64,000 nucleotides of DNA from Podarcis cretensis (taxonomy: Eukaryota). This document shows positions 51,501 through 64,000 of this stretch, piece after piece. The number at the start of each line of letters is the position of its first letter. The stretch's first letter is position 1. Location of the stretch: the NCBI GenBank assembly GCA_951804945.1, contig OX638162.1, positions 35,278,001 to 35,342,000 of the forward strand. Reading direction: 5' to 3'. The notes under the pieces were generated by a model, which worked only from the letters and a program-made list of their open reading frames with translations, was not told where the DNA came from and did no database searches. Both the position numbers and the translations under genes were made by a program.

Positions 51501-53183
51501 TTCACTATTCTAGTACTTAATACTTTTAAAAGAAATTCTAACAGGCATTTTAACTGAATTCTGATTTAATAGTTTTAGCCTATTCTTATTTTCATTTCAT
51601 TTCATTTTCATTATACTTGGAAACCATTGAGTGACAATTGTCATTAAATGATATAGAAATTGTCTATAGAAATGTTGGGTACCTCTGCTTTACTCATGAC
51701 TTTATCCCTCTACTAGGAAAAGCTTCACTTACTAAATGTCTATGTTAGGCTGTGTCAGGAGCACAGTCATTAAAAAAAGTGGGGAGTGACAACATAGCAA
51801 TCTGCTGTGTTTCCCTAGACATCGACACACCAACACCGGAGAATCACTGAATAACTCTCTAAAGTCTACACTCCATGGCAACAGGCCAATGTTGTTCCAA
51901 GTAGCATTAGAAGTACACCAACAAATGCATTTTTCAATAAGCAGATGAGAAGAGTTAACTACTGTGGCACCGTGTTTTATGATTTATGCAGTGCTTTGTC
52001 TTGCCAATAACAAAAATGGCTGGATGCTTAAGAGAATATTCCATAAACCTGCCAATCATTAAATAGTCCAACTGCACTTTTAAGAGTATAATTTCTCCAG
52101 AGGGAGAGGCACCTGCTGTGCAACTGTATAATTTCATTTTTCCCTTACGCTGCATGCCCAGAATTAATTCTGAGCCATTTCATTTCCTTCCTACTTACTT
52201 GATCTATTATGTATTTAAATACATTATGTACATTATAGTTTTCCATCTACTTTTATGGGACAGATGATCAGAATCAAAAATGCTGTTTTGTTGCTTGTCT
52301 CTGGTCAAAAGCCAAATGGAAATAATACACCAAAGTCTGCAGCATTGAATATTTCTTTTCTCTCCACTTTAGGGGCAATGTTACACCATGGCCATGAGCA
52401 ATGAAACCCTGTAGCCCATCCTTGTTTCCAAAGTGCCATTGGCAAGGGACAATGTATTAATTATAATGTGTTGTATTCAACAAGGTTCTACTCTGAGCAG
52501 ACTTACTGAATAAATAGCTATGTTAGGTATGTCCATTAACTTCAGTGGGTCTACTCTGAGTATTTAATGCCTGTTCAATGCCAAGCTCAACACTGTGAAT
52601 GTAGAATCACATTTTAGTAAGTGGGATGAGTTAGCAGCCCCCTTCCAAGCTGTAGAAGTGGATGGAAAGTGCCTCAGCAGCTGTGTAGTGAGCACCACCC
52701 CTCCCCACTTCCAAGGTTGGGAGGAAGGCTGTTATGTGGCCATCATTTGTGGAGTATCCTGGTTGTTTATGGGCTAAACAGCAAGCTCATACCCTTCCCT
52801 TTCGAGAGCAGAAAAGTGTGATGGGAGCTTCGTCAACTGCTGCTCCATAGTAGAGCTCTAAGTAACAGGGTTATCTCACCTCTCACAAAAGGTTGGGGTC
52901 AAATTTCCTTGGCTGTTGTTGGGTTAGGGTTGTTGGGCAACCTCGATCAACCTGCCAGTGGACAGGGAAGAAACCTGGCAAGTGTGGCTTTTAGGCTTGG
53001 CTATCAAATTGAGCCAAATGTTTTATATACTTTTTCATATTCAAATTCAGAGCCAAAAATAGCTTCCAAAAGAATTCATAAGAATCAAAATCCAATTTAA
53101 AAAATACAATGAAAGACATGAAGTGTTTGTGTTGAGTTTGTGAACATGTGTCAATAATTTATGGCACTTGATTACAAAGCAGA

Positions 53184-53184
53184 T

Positions 53185-53240
<56 letters not shown>
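53184..53240. repeat. Compound (TC)n(AC)n microsatellite
   Basis: Direct reading of the sequence. Confidence 0.95.
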
Positions 53241-53241
<1 letters not shown>

Positions 53242-55189
53242 ACTTTAACTTAGGGCAGGGGTAGGGAAAGTTTTTGGCCCAGTGGCAGTCCAACTTTGAA
53301 AGGTAGGCAGGACTACCCACCAGGTAATCTGATGCCATAATGATGTAAAGTGACTGACACTTTCCAGGCATCCAACCATCATCTGCCTCTTGGATGCTTT
53401 GGAAATGCTGCAGAAGGATCTTTGTAGAGCCATTGCTTGATGCTTCCTAAGCCCTATGCTTGACACTTAGAATAAGAAAATCCTTATACTGGAGAATGGA
53501 ATCCTTCTCATGTAAGCTGATTTCCTGCTAAAATCTCCTCAGACAAGTTCTGCTTTCCTAGTTCATAAAACTCTGCCTGGAATGGGACACTGGGTTTATG
53601 GGTCAGAGAAAGTCCTAGCGTCATAACATAAACACAATGCTAGAGCCATGATGTTGTCATTTAGTCCAAGCAGAACTGGGAACAATGCTCTAGCACAGTA
53701 AAAAATAAAATAAAAAATAAATTCATGACTCCAGACATAATGGATCTAAAGATGTATTCAAAAAACAAAGTCCACAAAACATGCAAAGAGGCTTCTCTCA
53801 AACACACTCAGCAGCATACAGAATTCCCAAACCAGTAGGAATCAGATTTCTGATTCCACAGAGAAATTACTATGTAAACAGAACAGTGAATGTAAGGGTA
53901 GCCCTATTGGGTCAGACCAAATGCCCATCTAGTCTATATTCTACTTCCAAACAGTGGCCAGTCTGGCATTTGAAAATTCACAACCAGGCTGTGACAGTAA
54001 TAGGATACCTAAGGCATGGCAGCACATTAAGAAAACTATAGTAGAGATAGGGGAAATGGAGAAGTTACAAATAATTTGCACTGAAAGTTGAACCTACCTA
54101 ATGCACACTTTCTGGAACCAATATGAGAACTGAACCACAATCTCCTTTCAAAATTCACACTGTTCCAAATGGAAAACGAACAACAGCAAAAAGATAGGAA
54201 AGACTCCCCCACTTTTTCTTTTTCTTTTTCTTTTTGATTACAACTTTTTTCATTACAACTTTGTTTCTTATTTGTATTGCATCATTCTTGCCTAAGGAGC
54301 TGGGGCAGCAAGCATCAAATTGTTAAAGTAGAATACAAACATGTGTAAAGCATTTAAAAATAATTTATATCAATCTAAAACCTTTAAAAAACAATTTAGA
54401 AGCAATTACATAACTTCACAGTTATTAATTTCATAGTTGCCATAGCTAGTATCTCTCAGCCTTCAAATGCCTGAGTAAACAGGCATTTTTTTTAGATTTC
54501 TCCTGAAAGTCAATAATGAGGGTGAACATTACACAAATGGGGAACTACCACTGAGAAGGCACCGTCATGGGTCACTACCAATCAGGCAGCAGTTAGAGGC
54601 GGAACCACCAATGGGGCTGACTCTGTCCATAGTCAGATTCAGTATGGTTGATACCTAAAAGTGGAAACTGGGCAATGTTCCAACATAGCTATGCAAGATA
54701 GACAGCAATTTCTGCAAATGCATAGGGGTATAGGGGGGCACATTCAGTCTGTATTTCAGAATTCCTTGGTGGAGAATAACCCCCCCCCCCACACACACAC
54801 ACATTAAAGATTGTCAGTCTCACCTCAACATTTTGTTTATGTAGAGTAATTAAGGATGAAAATGACAAGGATAATTTATTACTTCATCAGGAATTAGCAG
54901 CTCCCATATCTTTGATTCATGTAGCTCACTTACTTAAAACACTCTTTGCCATCCATATTGTTTGACAGGTGCTGAAGTATGGACTGTGGCCACAGTAATT
55001 TGAAGGAACAAAACACCTCAGGTGGTGTAGCAAGTAGACAACGAACAACTGACAAATGAGAGAGCTTGTTCTAATTTTAATTACATTATGTGTTGCCTCC
55101 CAAAGACATGGCAATTCATAAACTTTACAATGAGCAGCTAGGGTGCAAACCTCTTTTAGACACAAAAGCAACTGTTGCCTCAGATTGAT

Positions 55190-55303
55190 AATGAAGTGAG
55201 CATTCTGAGAGATAAAGGAGTGAATTTCATAGTTTATGCACTGTGTAAAGAAGATCTTCCTTTTGTGTGCCCTGAATCCTCCAACTTTCAGCATCACTGG
55301 ATG
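55190..55303 (-). mobile_element. CR1 LINE short ORF2-end fragment
   Basis: LKVGGFRAHKRKIFFTQCI is homologous to the 8677 copy. Confidence 0.65.
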
Positions 55304-57573
55304 GTCACCTCCCTCAATAAAGATGGGAGTGAGATAATGTGACTGGATTTGCAGTTAATTTTAGATGTTAAGACTTTCCCTCTCAAAACACTTGGGAGGT
55401 CCATTATATGTGTTAGCGTTTCATAATAATAAATAGCAAGCTATGACAATTATGTGAAAGAAGAACTTGCCAACACTTATCCCTCACCCAGAGGATCAAA
55501 GAAAGGGTGCCGGCCAACCACACTGCTGTTAAATCACCCATGGTCCACCCTGAAAGCTGACTGACTGAGGTTGTCCCACAGGGGGAAGAACCCCAGCAAT
55601 GATGATACAGCCAGCAAGATGCAAGGGAGAGACTGTTGTGTCCCGGCTGCCCAGCCGCAACACCGCCCACGGGGAAAAGGTAAGCGGATTTTTGAACAAA
55701 ACTAGAAATTCATTTTATCTGCATACAAAACATGTGCTCTGCCACTGAGCTATGGCGCAGCACCCTAAGAATTACTGAATTGAGGAGATGACTAGACTAA
55801 TAAATTGGATTTATTCAGGAAGCCCCCTCCTGCTGCAGGCATTTCCTACCACATAGTAGGACCCTATTTGTACTTTACTGTACATCTAAAGCTATAATAC
55901 CACTTTAAACAGTTATGACTTCCCCCTTTAAAAAAAACCCTGGGATGTATAGTTTGTGACTGGTGCAAAGACCACTCATGGAGGTACAATTCCCAGAGTT
56001 CCCTGGGAGGAGAAGGAGAGATCAACTGGAGCTCTGTAAGGAGAATAGGGGTCTCCTAAGTAGTCACAGCTACTTTAAAATGTGTGGTACAGCTTTAAAT
56101 GTACAATGCAGATGTGGAACAAGATACTGGTACTGTATTGTAAACCGGTCCTCAACTTTGGTCTTGGTAAACTGAGAAATCCCATAAGTATATTATAGTA
56201 CCCAGTGGTAACAGAGGAAGGAACAGCCAAGCATGGGAAACTAGGGCCACATGCCATTCGATTGTGAGATAATACATTGTGAGAGCAACCCATATAGGTT
56301 TGGGTGTGTGGAACAACAGGGATTCTCAAACTGATGTGATCCTGGAGGCAGATTCCATGTGCAGATAAAGAGATAAACTTGTACGCTGCCTAAAAGTCAT
56401 TGGAAAGTCAAAACTCTCACTAATTAATTTAGCCACTACAGCTTTGCACCTATTTTCATCATCTCTGATCAGTTTCAGTACTTAATCCAAAATTTAACAC
56501 CAGTTCACAATTTAAGAAGCGAAGGGGTGGGGGGAACCATTACTCCTCCAGCTCCCCCTCCCCTTTAAGTAAAATTAAGCTAATCTGTTTTGATAGAAGA
56601 GCACTCTTTGGAACTAGCTAGCGAGGCTCCCAAATATGAAGGAAATATGTAGCAGTAAAGCAGTAACCCAAATGTCAATTACTTTTCCAACAGTGGACAA
56701 ATTGCTGGAGTGCTAATACAATTTAAGGACAATAATTAGATAAGAGGACTACAGACTGTGGCTGGTGACAGAGCTTCTGAGATAATAGAATCTAGTGTCC
56801 TACTTCTTAAATATTAACATCATTCCGCTTCAGTCAATCGGTTTATGGTAATTTAAAAAGGGCAAAGCAAATTCTTTTTATTGCTAATAATATTGTGCTG
56901 CTGCAGTGTTAGCTTTGAAGGTTAGCAAAATTTATTGGGTCAAAATTCAATTATACATTATTATATTTTATTTGTTTCTCTTCTTTCATCTCTTCTCTTT
57001 TTAAGTCTTTCTTTCATAGAAGATATTTTAAAGTGCTTATTATGGGCACACACACATCCCACACTTTAATTGTACCAGAGTGCAAAGCAGCATCCATGAT
57101 CATCAGCTGTATTCAGTCTAGTGGCAACAACTTCGGCACAATCCCAAACAACCTACCAGCTTATTAATTACTGGAGACCCCCAACAGTTTCACTGCCCCA
57201 TTGAAAAGCCTTAAGGGTATTCCAGGAAGATTTGAGATGTAGGGGTCACTTGCCAGGTACTAATGAAATGCAACCTCCATTAAGCAATGAGAAGGGATGG
57301 CAGGAGGAGGAGGGATGGCATTCAGAACAATATCTTTTATGCACTTCCCCATTGGGTGTGAACATGAATCCTTAGTTGTGGCCCATGGAAGCAGGGGCAC
57401 AGGACCATCAGGGGAGAGACTGTAGGGTTATAAGGACCATTTCCATGTTGGTGAAAAACACTCAGGAATGAAATCATTAGTAAAGAGATCAATTATTATA
57501 AAGCTTGTAACCTTTTTCTTTCTTTCTTTTTTTTTGGGGTGGTGTAAAATTGAGCTTTGCTTTATTTGCAATA

Positions 57574-57811
57574 TAGTGGTACCTCTGGTTGCGAACAGGA
57601 TCTGTTCCGGAGCCCCGTTCACAACATGAGCAGAACGCAACCCGCGTCTGCGCGGGTCACACTTCTGCGCATGCATGTGACATCATTTTGAGCGTCTGTG
57701 CATGCACAAGCAGCGAAACCCGGAAGTAACCCTTTCCAGTACTTCCGGGTCGCCAAGGGACACAACCTGAAAAGACGTAACCTGAACCGAACACAACAAG
57801 AGGTATGACTG
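57574..57811. mobile_element. Tc1/mariner (Tigger-like) MITE
   Basis: TA|TAGTGGTACCTCTGGTTG ... CAACAAGAGGTATGACTG|TA; internal inverted pair ACCCGGAAGTA / TACTTCCGGGT; CpG-rich. Confidence 0.82.
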
Positions 57812-60800
57812 TATATATCAACCATAAACAGCGATTCATACAGTTATCAAACAAGTGTGCATTTAGAGTCTCATAACTTTGATCAATGAGTGAAAGATGT
57901 GGAACAGTACATGATGGGAGGATTATCAAATGTGGAATACGCTGCATATTATACTTTTAGGGGCACACTCAGCTCAGACCCCACACTCAGCTCAGACACT
58001 CTGCATCATTAATTCTTTTATAAAGATGAGAAGGGCCCTGCTGGATAAAGGCAGAGATTCATCTAGTCCGACATCCTGTTCTCACAGTGGCCAAGCAGAT
58101 GGCTTTGGGGAACCCACAATCACATTGTCCCTGATAGTGGAGGTAGTACATAGCCTTAATGGCTAGTAGTCTTCTCCTCCATGAAGCTGCCTAATCTTCT
58201 TTTTTAGAAGACATTGTGCATTGTTGGTCAGCTGCACATGGCATAGCAGCGGCATTTACCACAAGCCCTTTGATCAACACTGGGCAAAGAGCTGCCTTTT
58301 TAATTTTATCTTTTTATTTATTTAACAAAATGTTTATACCCAGTGATTGCAATAAAAGCTCTAAGTAAGTGGCTTACAAGAAATTATTTAAAATATCAAT
58401 AAAAAACAAGTAATTGAAAACATTTGGAAGATAATTAAAATTAACAGCAGATTGCAAAATTGATTAAAATGCACAAACATTTCTGTGTGCCTAAACAAAA
58501 AGGTTTTAAGCAGGTGCTGCAAAGAGAGCGGCAAATTCTTCATGGTTCTCACATAGCTCAAAGATATTGTGGGAAATTTTAATGGGAGGGCTTTAGAGCT
58601 GCCATTTAAACTTCCCCACACTGTCCCTTGGCTGATGCAACATCAGGGGCAACATGTGAAATATAAATAGTAAGTTGCTGCCTATGTTAATTCTGCCATG
58701 TAAGCCTGTCAAGGGTCAACTTATGAAGCAATGGAGAAGAGAGGAAATCTTAAACATGTAACCTCCAAAAGATAGCATTCAATGATTTTTAAAGCATAGT
58801 TGTCTTAAATGCATTGTTTATTCACAGGCATACAGAATATATAACCCAAAATTTTATGTATATATTAAATGCAAACAAGTTATTTTTGAGGAACACAGAG
58901 ATTAATTAAAAGAGGAATCAAGCAAATGTTCGGACACAGGTTGGAAACTAAACTTGACTTGCTGTAAAAGGGTACTGAAAACCAATATTTACACTTAATT
59001 TGTTCAATTTACCTAACAGACATAAATACGACTCTGAAATAAAAACACCACAAGATATGAGTAACTTGAAAGACAAAATAAATAATTCAATGCAATGTCA
59101 TTAATCAGTAATACGATAATCAACGAAGATAGACTGCATTGACTTTGCAAATCCATCCAAACATCTCGGGCATAAAATAAATTCATAACATACTTTCCCC
59201 AAATATGCCTGATAATCTTCAGATGTTTTACTGTGCCTTGCGGAAGAATTACCAGCGAAGTAATTTAAGGATCCACATAACAGTTTTCCAATGATGAGTC
59301 TCATTTCTCTTGTAAAACTGCCTCCTCCTACAGGACTGATGCCTGACGTAAAATGGCCCAATTTGCATATGGGTTAAATTTCCAGCCAGGAATAAATGCC
59401 AAGCTAGTCTTAGGCAGTTCAAAGCTTATTAATATAATGAACTGACTTGCAACACTATTGGAAATAAACTTTAAACCTATTGTAGAATACAGATATGCAT
59501 AATACAAGCAAGTTGTGTAAATGTACACAGTAGGGGCTGCCCACTGATAGCCATTCACCACAATCCCTGCCTTTGCACCCACCTCATCTTGCTTTTCACC
59601 TTTTTAACACCTTTTCTGGAGGCACTTCTCTCCTCTCTTCTCTTCTCTTCTGCAGCCCTGCTTTGCACCTGCATTCACCTTCATCCCCATATCCATGCCT
59701 CCCCCTCCATTTGTGCAACCCGTCTTCCACACAAACTACCCCCATGGTAACATCCTGAATCTTTCTCCTCCAACACACTGTGACTACTGAGAGCCCTTAT
59801 TGCCTTCTGCTCAATTATGAAGCCACCATGCCATCCTGCTTTTTAAAGACCCTTTCATGGCCCTAATTTTTTCAACAACCCCATTCCCACTTAGGAAATT
59901 TACCAGTAGATTCTGATTTATTTTCTTTCCACCCCTGCTGTAAGGGAAATAGGCCAATATACTGTATACAAATAAAGAGCTGGTGGTTGCCTGGTACTCC
60001 TTGGGAAGAGAGAGGATGTGTTGAATATTATTTTTCATTTTTTATTTTAGACATTATTTATACGTTGTCCTACAACTGTATTATCAGGGCAGATTATAAA
60101 AAGAATGGCAAATAAAAACACATACAATAAAGCATGTAAGTGATAAATTATATAAAAACAGCATTAAAAACAAAGAGCAAAGAGGATTATGTGTAAATAC
60201 ATAAGATAGCAAAAATGTTCATGATTGGCTTATAGCACCAAGCTTGCAAAACTCTTCCCAGGAGTGAAAAGACTTATTTATGAAGACTATGGATTTGTTT
60301 AGGGTGGTCATCTGTCCTGTCACACAGAAGACAGTCCTCCATTTGAAAGTCTGCCTGGTCCAAGTTCAGTTAATTATTTTTTTTTAAAAAAAATAAACCT
60401 CTAAGATGGGAGGAAGAACTTGAGGTTCTCCAGACTGAGCAAGCACACAGCTCACATGGTCATAGTCCTTCACCCCAGTATGGTGTGATGTATTTCTCTT
60501 TGTAGTTCCCCACTCCCAATATTTGGATATTTCCATATATTTTAGCATATGCAAATCAGTGGCCTATCAACAATATTAAAAGGCCTAGGACCACAAGCAT
60601 TAAAAGGAAATGGAGTTAGTCATAAGAAACAACAAATAATTGACTATCTTATGCAATTAATGTTCCCATCCTGTTTCAAAGATTCCCAGCTCCTTCAAAG
60701 TTTGGGAAGGTCATAGCATGCAACATGGTTCCTTGGCACACCATGTGCTCCCCTCTCCCCCATAGGAAATGTGGAGAAAATAGCAGCATTCCTTTGAAGC

Positions 60801-61300
60801 TGCAGAGATGGCTTGGGATGATCCTAGCAGTGGCACAGTGATCCCTGTCCCCTCTCCAGCTCCAGAGTTCAGGGAAATTCTGAGAATATTTATAAGCTTC
60901 ATTCCTGAGATGTCCAGTGTGCCTTGCTTGCCTTGGAATTTTAATATCACCAAATACACTCCAGGCGTTTTTCATAGGGTTTTTCTTGACCAAATTCCTT
61001 GAAGGTTCTAAGTTCCTTGCCATCCGCTTCCTGCTCTGGAGCAGGAAGTCCAATTTGGGTGGGTGGGGCTTCCGTAGCATTTGCCGGGTGACAGCTGACA
61101 GCCGAATTGTGAGATGGCTATCTGCTAGGGCTGGAGCTTTGGATGAGTTTGTGGGGTAGGTGCCAACAACATACAGTGCCCAAGGAGCAATACAAGAATG
61201 CACACAGCAGCAGTATGCACATACCTGCACTCTAAGGAAATAGAGAAGCTTTTTCCAAACAAGAAAGCTTCCATTTGCCAAGCACTTCCAAAGAAAGGTA

Positions 61301-61535
61301 CAGTGGTACCTCCGGTTATGACCTTAATCTGTTCCAGAGGTCCATTCGTAACCACTCGTAACATGAGGCACGCTTTCGCTAATGGCACCTCCCGCTGCTG
61401 TCGCGCTGCCAGAGTGCGACTTCCGCTCACATCCTGGGGCAAAGTTCACAACAAGGGGCATCTACTTCTGGGTCAGCAGAGCGCGTAACCCGAAGCATTT
61501 GTAAGGGGGGCAGTACATAACACAAAGTACCACTG
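61301..61535. mobile_element. Tc1/mariner (Tigger-like) MITE
   Basis: TA|CAGTGGTAC ... GTACCACTG|TA; interior related to the 37023 copy (GCTAATGG..CCTCCC..CTCACATCCTG..GCAAAGTTC). Confidence 0.85.
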
Positions 61536-62749
61536 TATGGTAATTTGGTGTTGCCTAATGTGCGATATGAGACAGGCACTCCAGTTCAAAACTCAGCTCC
61601 AAAACATATGAGGGTCATAGGGCTTTTGAGTTTGGTGAAAGGCAGGCAGGCTTTCTGTTTATTGTCTAGGTAACTCACTGTTCTCTCAACATGCTTTAGG
61701 CATTTACATGGTACTAAAGAGAAATGGTTCACAATACAATTCCACTCTGAGAATGGATTATGCTTTATTCTACAAACATTAGTCTTGTACCCACATTTTT
61801 AAAAGCAAATAGTCTTTAAAACAAGCTGGTGCATGCATTGTTAATAATTTACACCCTGAAGATCACTCACATAGTATAAAGGGTGCATGGCTATATAAAT
61901 TGGCTACAGTATTTTGCTACACGGTTAGATGCATGATTTCCTCTAATAGAATGCCATTGTAAGCGGCATCACATTTTCTAGTTCATGAAGATCAAATGAG
62001 CTGTGACTATAGTCTCCCAAAACCTAATAGAAAGTTCATCCAATAACTTCCAAGTTTTAAATTGCATCTTTCTGCCATGAACCACTAGATTTAAAAATAC
62101 ACCCATTACTAGATTACTATGAAGTCTAATCTGCACAAACTAAAAAAAGAAGGATTTTTAAAACTTGGATGTATTGCTTCCGCATCATGTTCAGTTAAAA
62201 GCATCAGTAGAATATGCAGAACACCAGTTCATTTGACTTGCCTATTTAATGTGTGCATGATGTCAGTTGTACCACTGTGTGCACAGTTATTACTTTCTGT
62301 ATTTTTAAAGAGTAATGTTTAAAAAACAGCCTTGCAAAAGGTAACTACAGTCACACTAATCTACAGAAATAAAGTTCAATTAACCACACTGCTGCACTGA
62401 CTGCCTAACTTACTAGTGAAATAAGCAAGCAGCTGCAGTTTTGTGTCAAGGGCAATTTGGTATAAGATATTATTGTCTTCTGTGTGTCAGCTACAGCCAA
62501 GCTAAAACTACTTGCATTTGGGAGTTTTTTATGAACACTTTCAGCAGTGCTGAAATGCATCTCCACTTGGAAGCCATTCCATGAGAAAATGTTTGCCTAT
62601 TCGTTTGCTTTGTCTTCACTCTCAATTACTCTTATGTGCCCTCAGCCACATCATCATTGTCTGCTGTACAACACTGAAAATTAATTCTAAGTGATCTAAT
62701 TTGCAAACAGGTTAAGTAGAAAATGTGGTATGTGCTACCTGAACACCAG

Positions 62750-63184
62750 TGTAATGGTTCTAGGGGTTGCTCGTGAGTAAAATCGGCGCCACACCTGGCT
62801 GGGTTGCCTGAGTGAACCCTTTCTGTCCGGACAGCCACTCACCCGCGGCTGTCTCAATCTCTGGCAGAATCCGTCAGTGGGCGTTTCTTGAACTTCTTCC
62901 AGCAAAGAAGCTCTTTGACGCCTAGTCTCCGCCTACTCTCCCTGCGCGGAAGCCTTCTGCGCAGGGAGGGTGTGGGCAGCGGAGGACCCGTGCTCTCCCC
63001 ACTGGTCTCCGGTGAGGAGTCATGGAGCCACCTCGCCGATTCCCCCATCTGCCCCCCTTCTCCACTGGTGCTATGCTGATTTCCTTCCCCAGAAGATGGG
63101 CTGCTTCTCTCCCTCCCGGGACGCTCTCCGGAATCCCTCTGGAGCCCTCCCTCTCCCTCTGGCTCTGATGGCAGTTCCCTGACA
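62750..63184. mobile_element. Solo LTR (Gypsy- or ERV-type), 435 bp, recent
   Basis: TGTAA...TGACA termini and a perfect 5-bp TSD ACCAG at 62745-62749 and 63185-63189. Sharply GC/CpG-rich against AT-rich flanks. Orientation not determined. Confidence 0.85.
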
Positions 63185-64000
63185 ACCAGTTTTCAAATAA
63201 TAATAATAAAAGGTAGCTTTTGACAGTATTAAGACAGAACAAATCAATGGTGTGCCCCCCCCCCACCACAAAAAAGCAAAAAACCCAAAAAAACAGGAAA
63301 GAAATCCCAGTGCTTGATGTGTTTCCATGGAAATTTTTCCATTTCCTAAATTCATTAGTAGCAATTAATCAGTGCCTACTGCAAATACAATCTTAGATAA
63401 GCTTGGTAGTTTCAATATTTCTAGCTTTGTTTACTACATACAAGTAAAAGGAAGGTGCTAAATTAGATCATTCTCTAGGGCATCAAATTTCCCAGTGCAA
63501 ACTTAAAAAAAAACAAATATTTAAATTTTTGCACAGGGAAATTTTCCCAATTTTTGTATGGGAAACTTGCACCACTAGAACCAGTGTGTATTTTGACACA
63601 CATAATACAAAGAGCTGTGGCAAGCATACTGCCCATTTTTAAGCATCCCAATTCATAATCAGGGGCCAGGAATCTGTGTCTCATGGGGCTAAACTCTTTT
63701 TTTCTTTGATTTCCTTTTTTAAAAAATAGCCCCAAGGTTATGAAGACAAAAAGCAAGGAAACAAAAAGGGCAACTTTTGCAATGCCAAAATTAGTTTGAC
63801 AAAGGCCTAACAGGTAAGCAAGAGGGAGCATTCAAGCAGTAGCCTAAAACCAGCACCTATGCCTGCTTTGTAACTTCAGCAAACATTTAGTGTGGTGGCT
63901 CCTACCTTTTGGAACTCCTATTACACACCAAACTTGTACCATTTCTATAGCTTTTGGGGGGTCTATGGAAGACAACCCTTTTGCGTGGACAGGCAGAGTC

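Noticed and set aside
57964-57998. 18-bp tandem duplication CACACTCAGCTCAGAC
   Set aside because: Ordinary slippage-type duplication with no further structure.
7933-60556. About 12 octamer motifs (ATGCAAAT/ATTTGCAT) scattered through the window
   Set aside because: Not clustered; TGCA-containing words are inflated in AT-rich, CpG-decayed genomes, so this is uninterpretable without a Markov background test.
60676-61281. Longest ORF (201 aa, minus)
   Set aside because: No recognisable domain, composition typical of random sequence, no convincing splice boundaries.
62750-63184. CpG-island promoter or first exon
   Set aside because: The GC-rich patch is bounded exactly by TG...CA and a 5-bp TSD, which is better explained as a solo LTR.

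Overview
Vertebrate nuclear DNA, almost certainly from a squamate and most likely a lacertid lizard, judged from the Sauria/Squam1 SINE subfamily and the accompanying L2, CR1, RTE and DNA-transposon repertoire. The window reads as one large intron or gene desert. It is AT-rich and CpG-depleted, with dense transposon relics, microsatellites and one 138-nt assembly gap (7996-8133). I cannot support any host protein-coding gene: the supplied ORFs are short, overlap on all frames, and the only protein-like ones are retroelement ORF2 remnants. The best-supported features are five Sauria SINEs (three near-identical with clean TSDs), a 1.8-kb non-autonomous Tc2/pogo-type DNA transposon carrying a ~97-bp minisatellite, a CpG-rich solo LTR with a perfect 5-bp TSD, four TA-flanked Tc1/mariner MITEs and a hAT element with an 8-bp TSD. 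The most interesting hypothesis is a candidate 21-nt minus-strand microexon with near-consensus splice sites lying between two young, inverted, near-identical SINEs. Other leads are further small minus-strand exon candidates, an RTE-derived bipartite short element and several repeat-free enhancer-like blocks. I see no evidence of a wholly new biological system; the findings are testable hypotheses.
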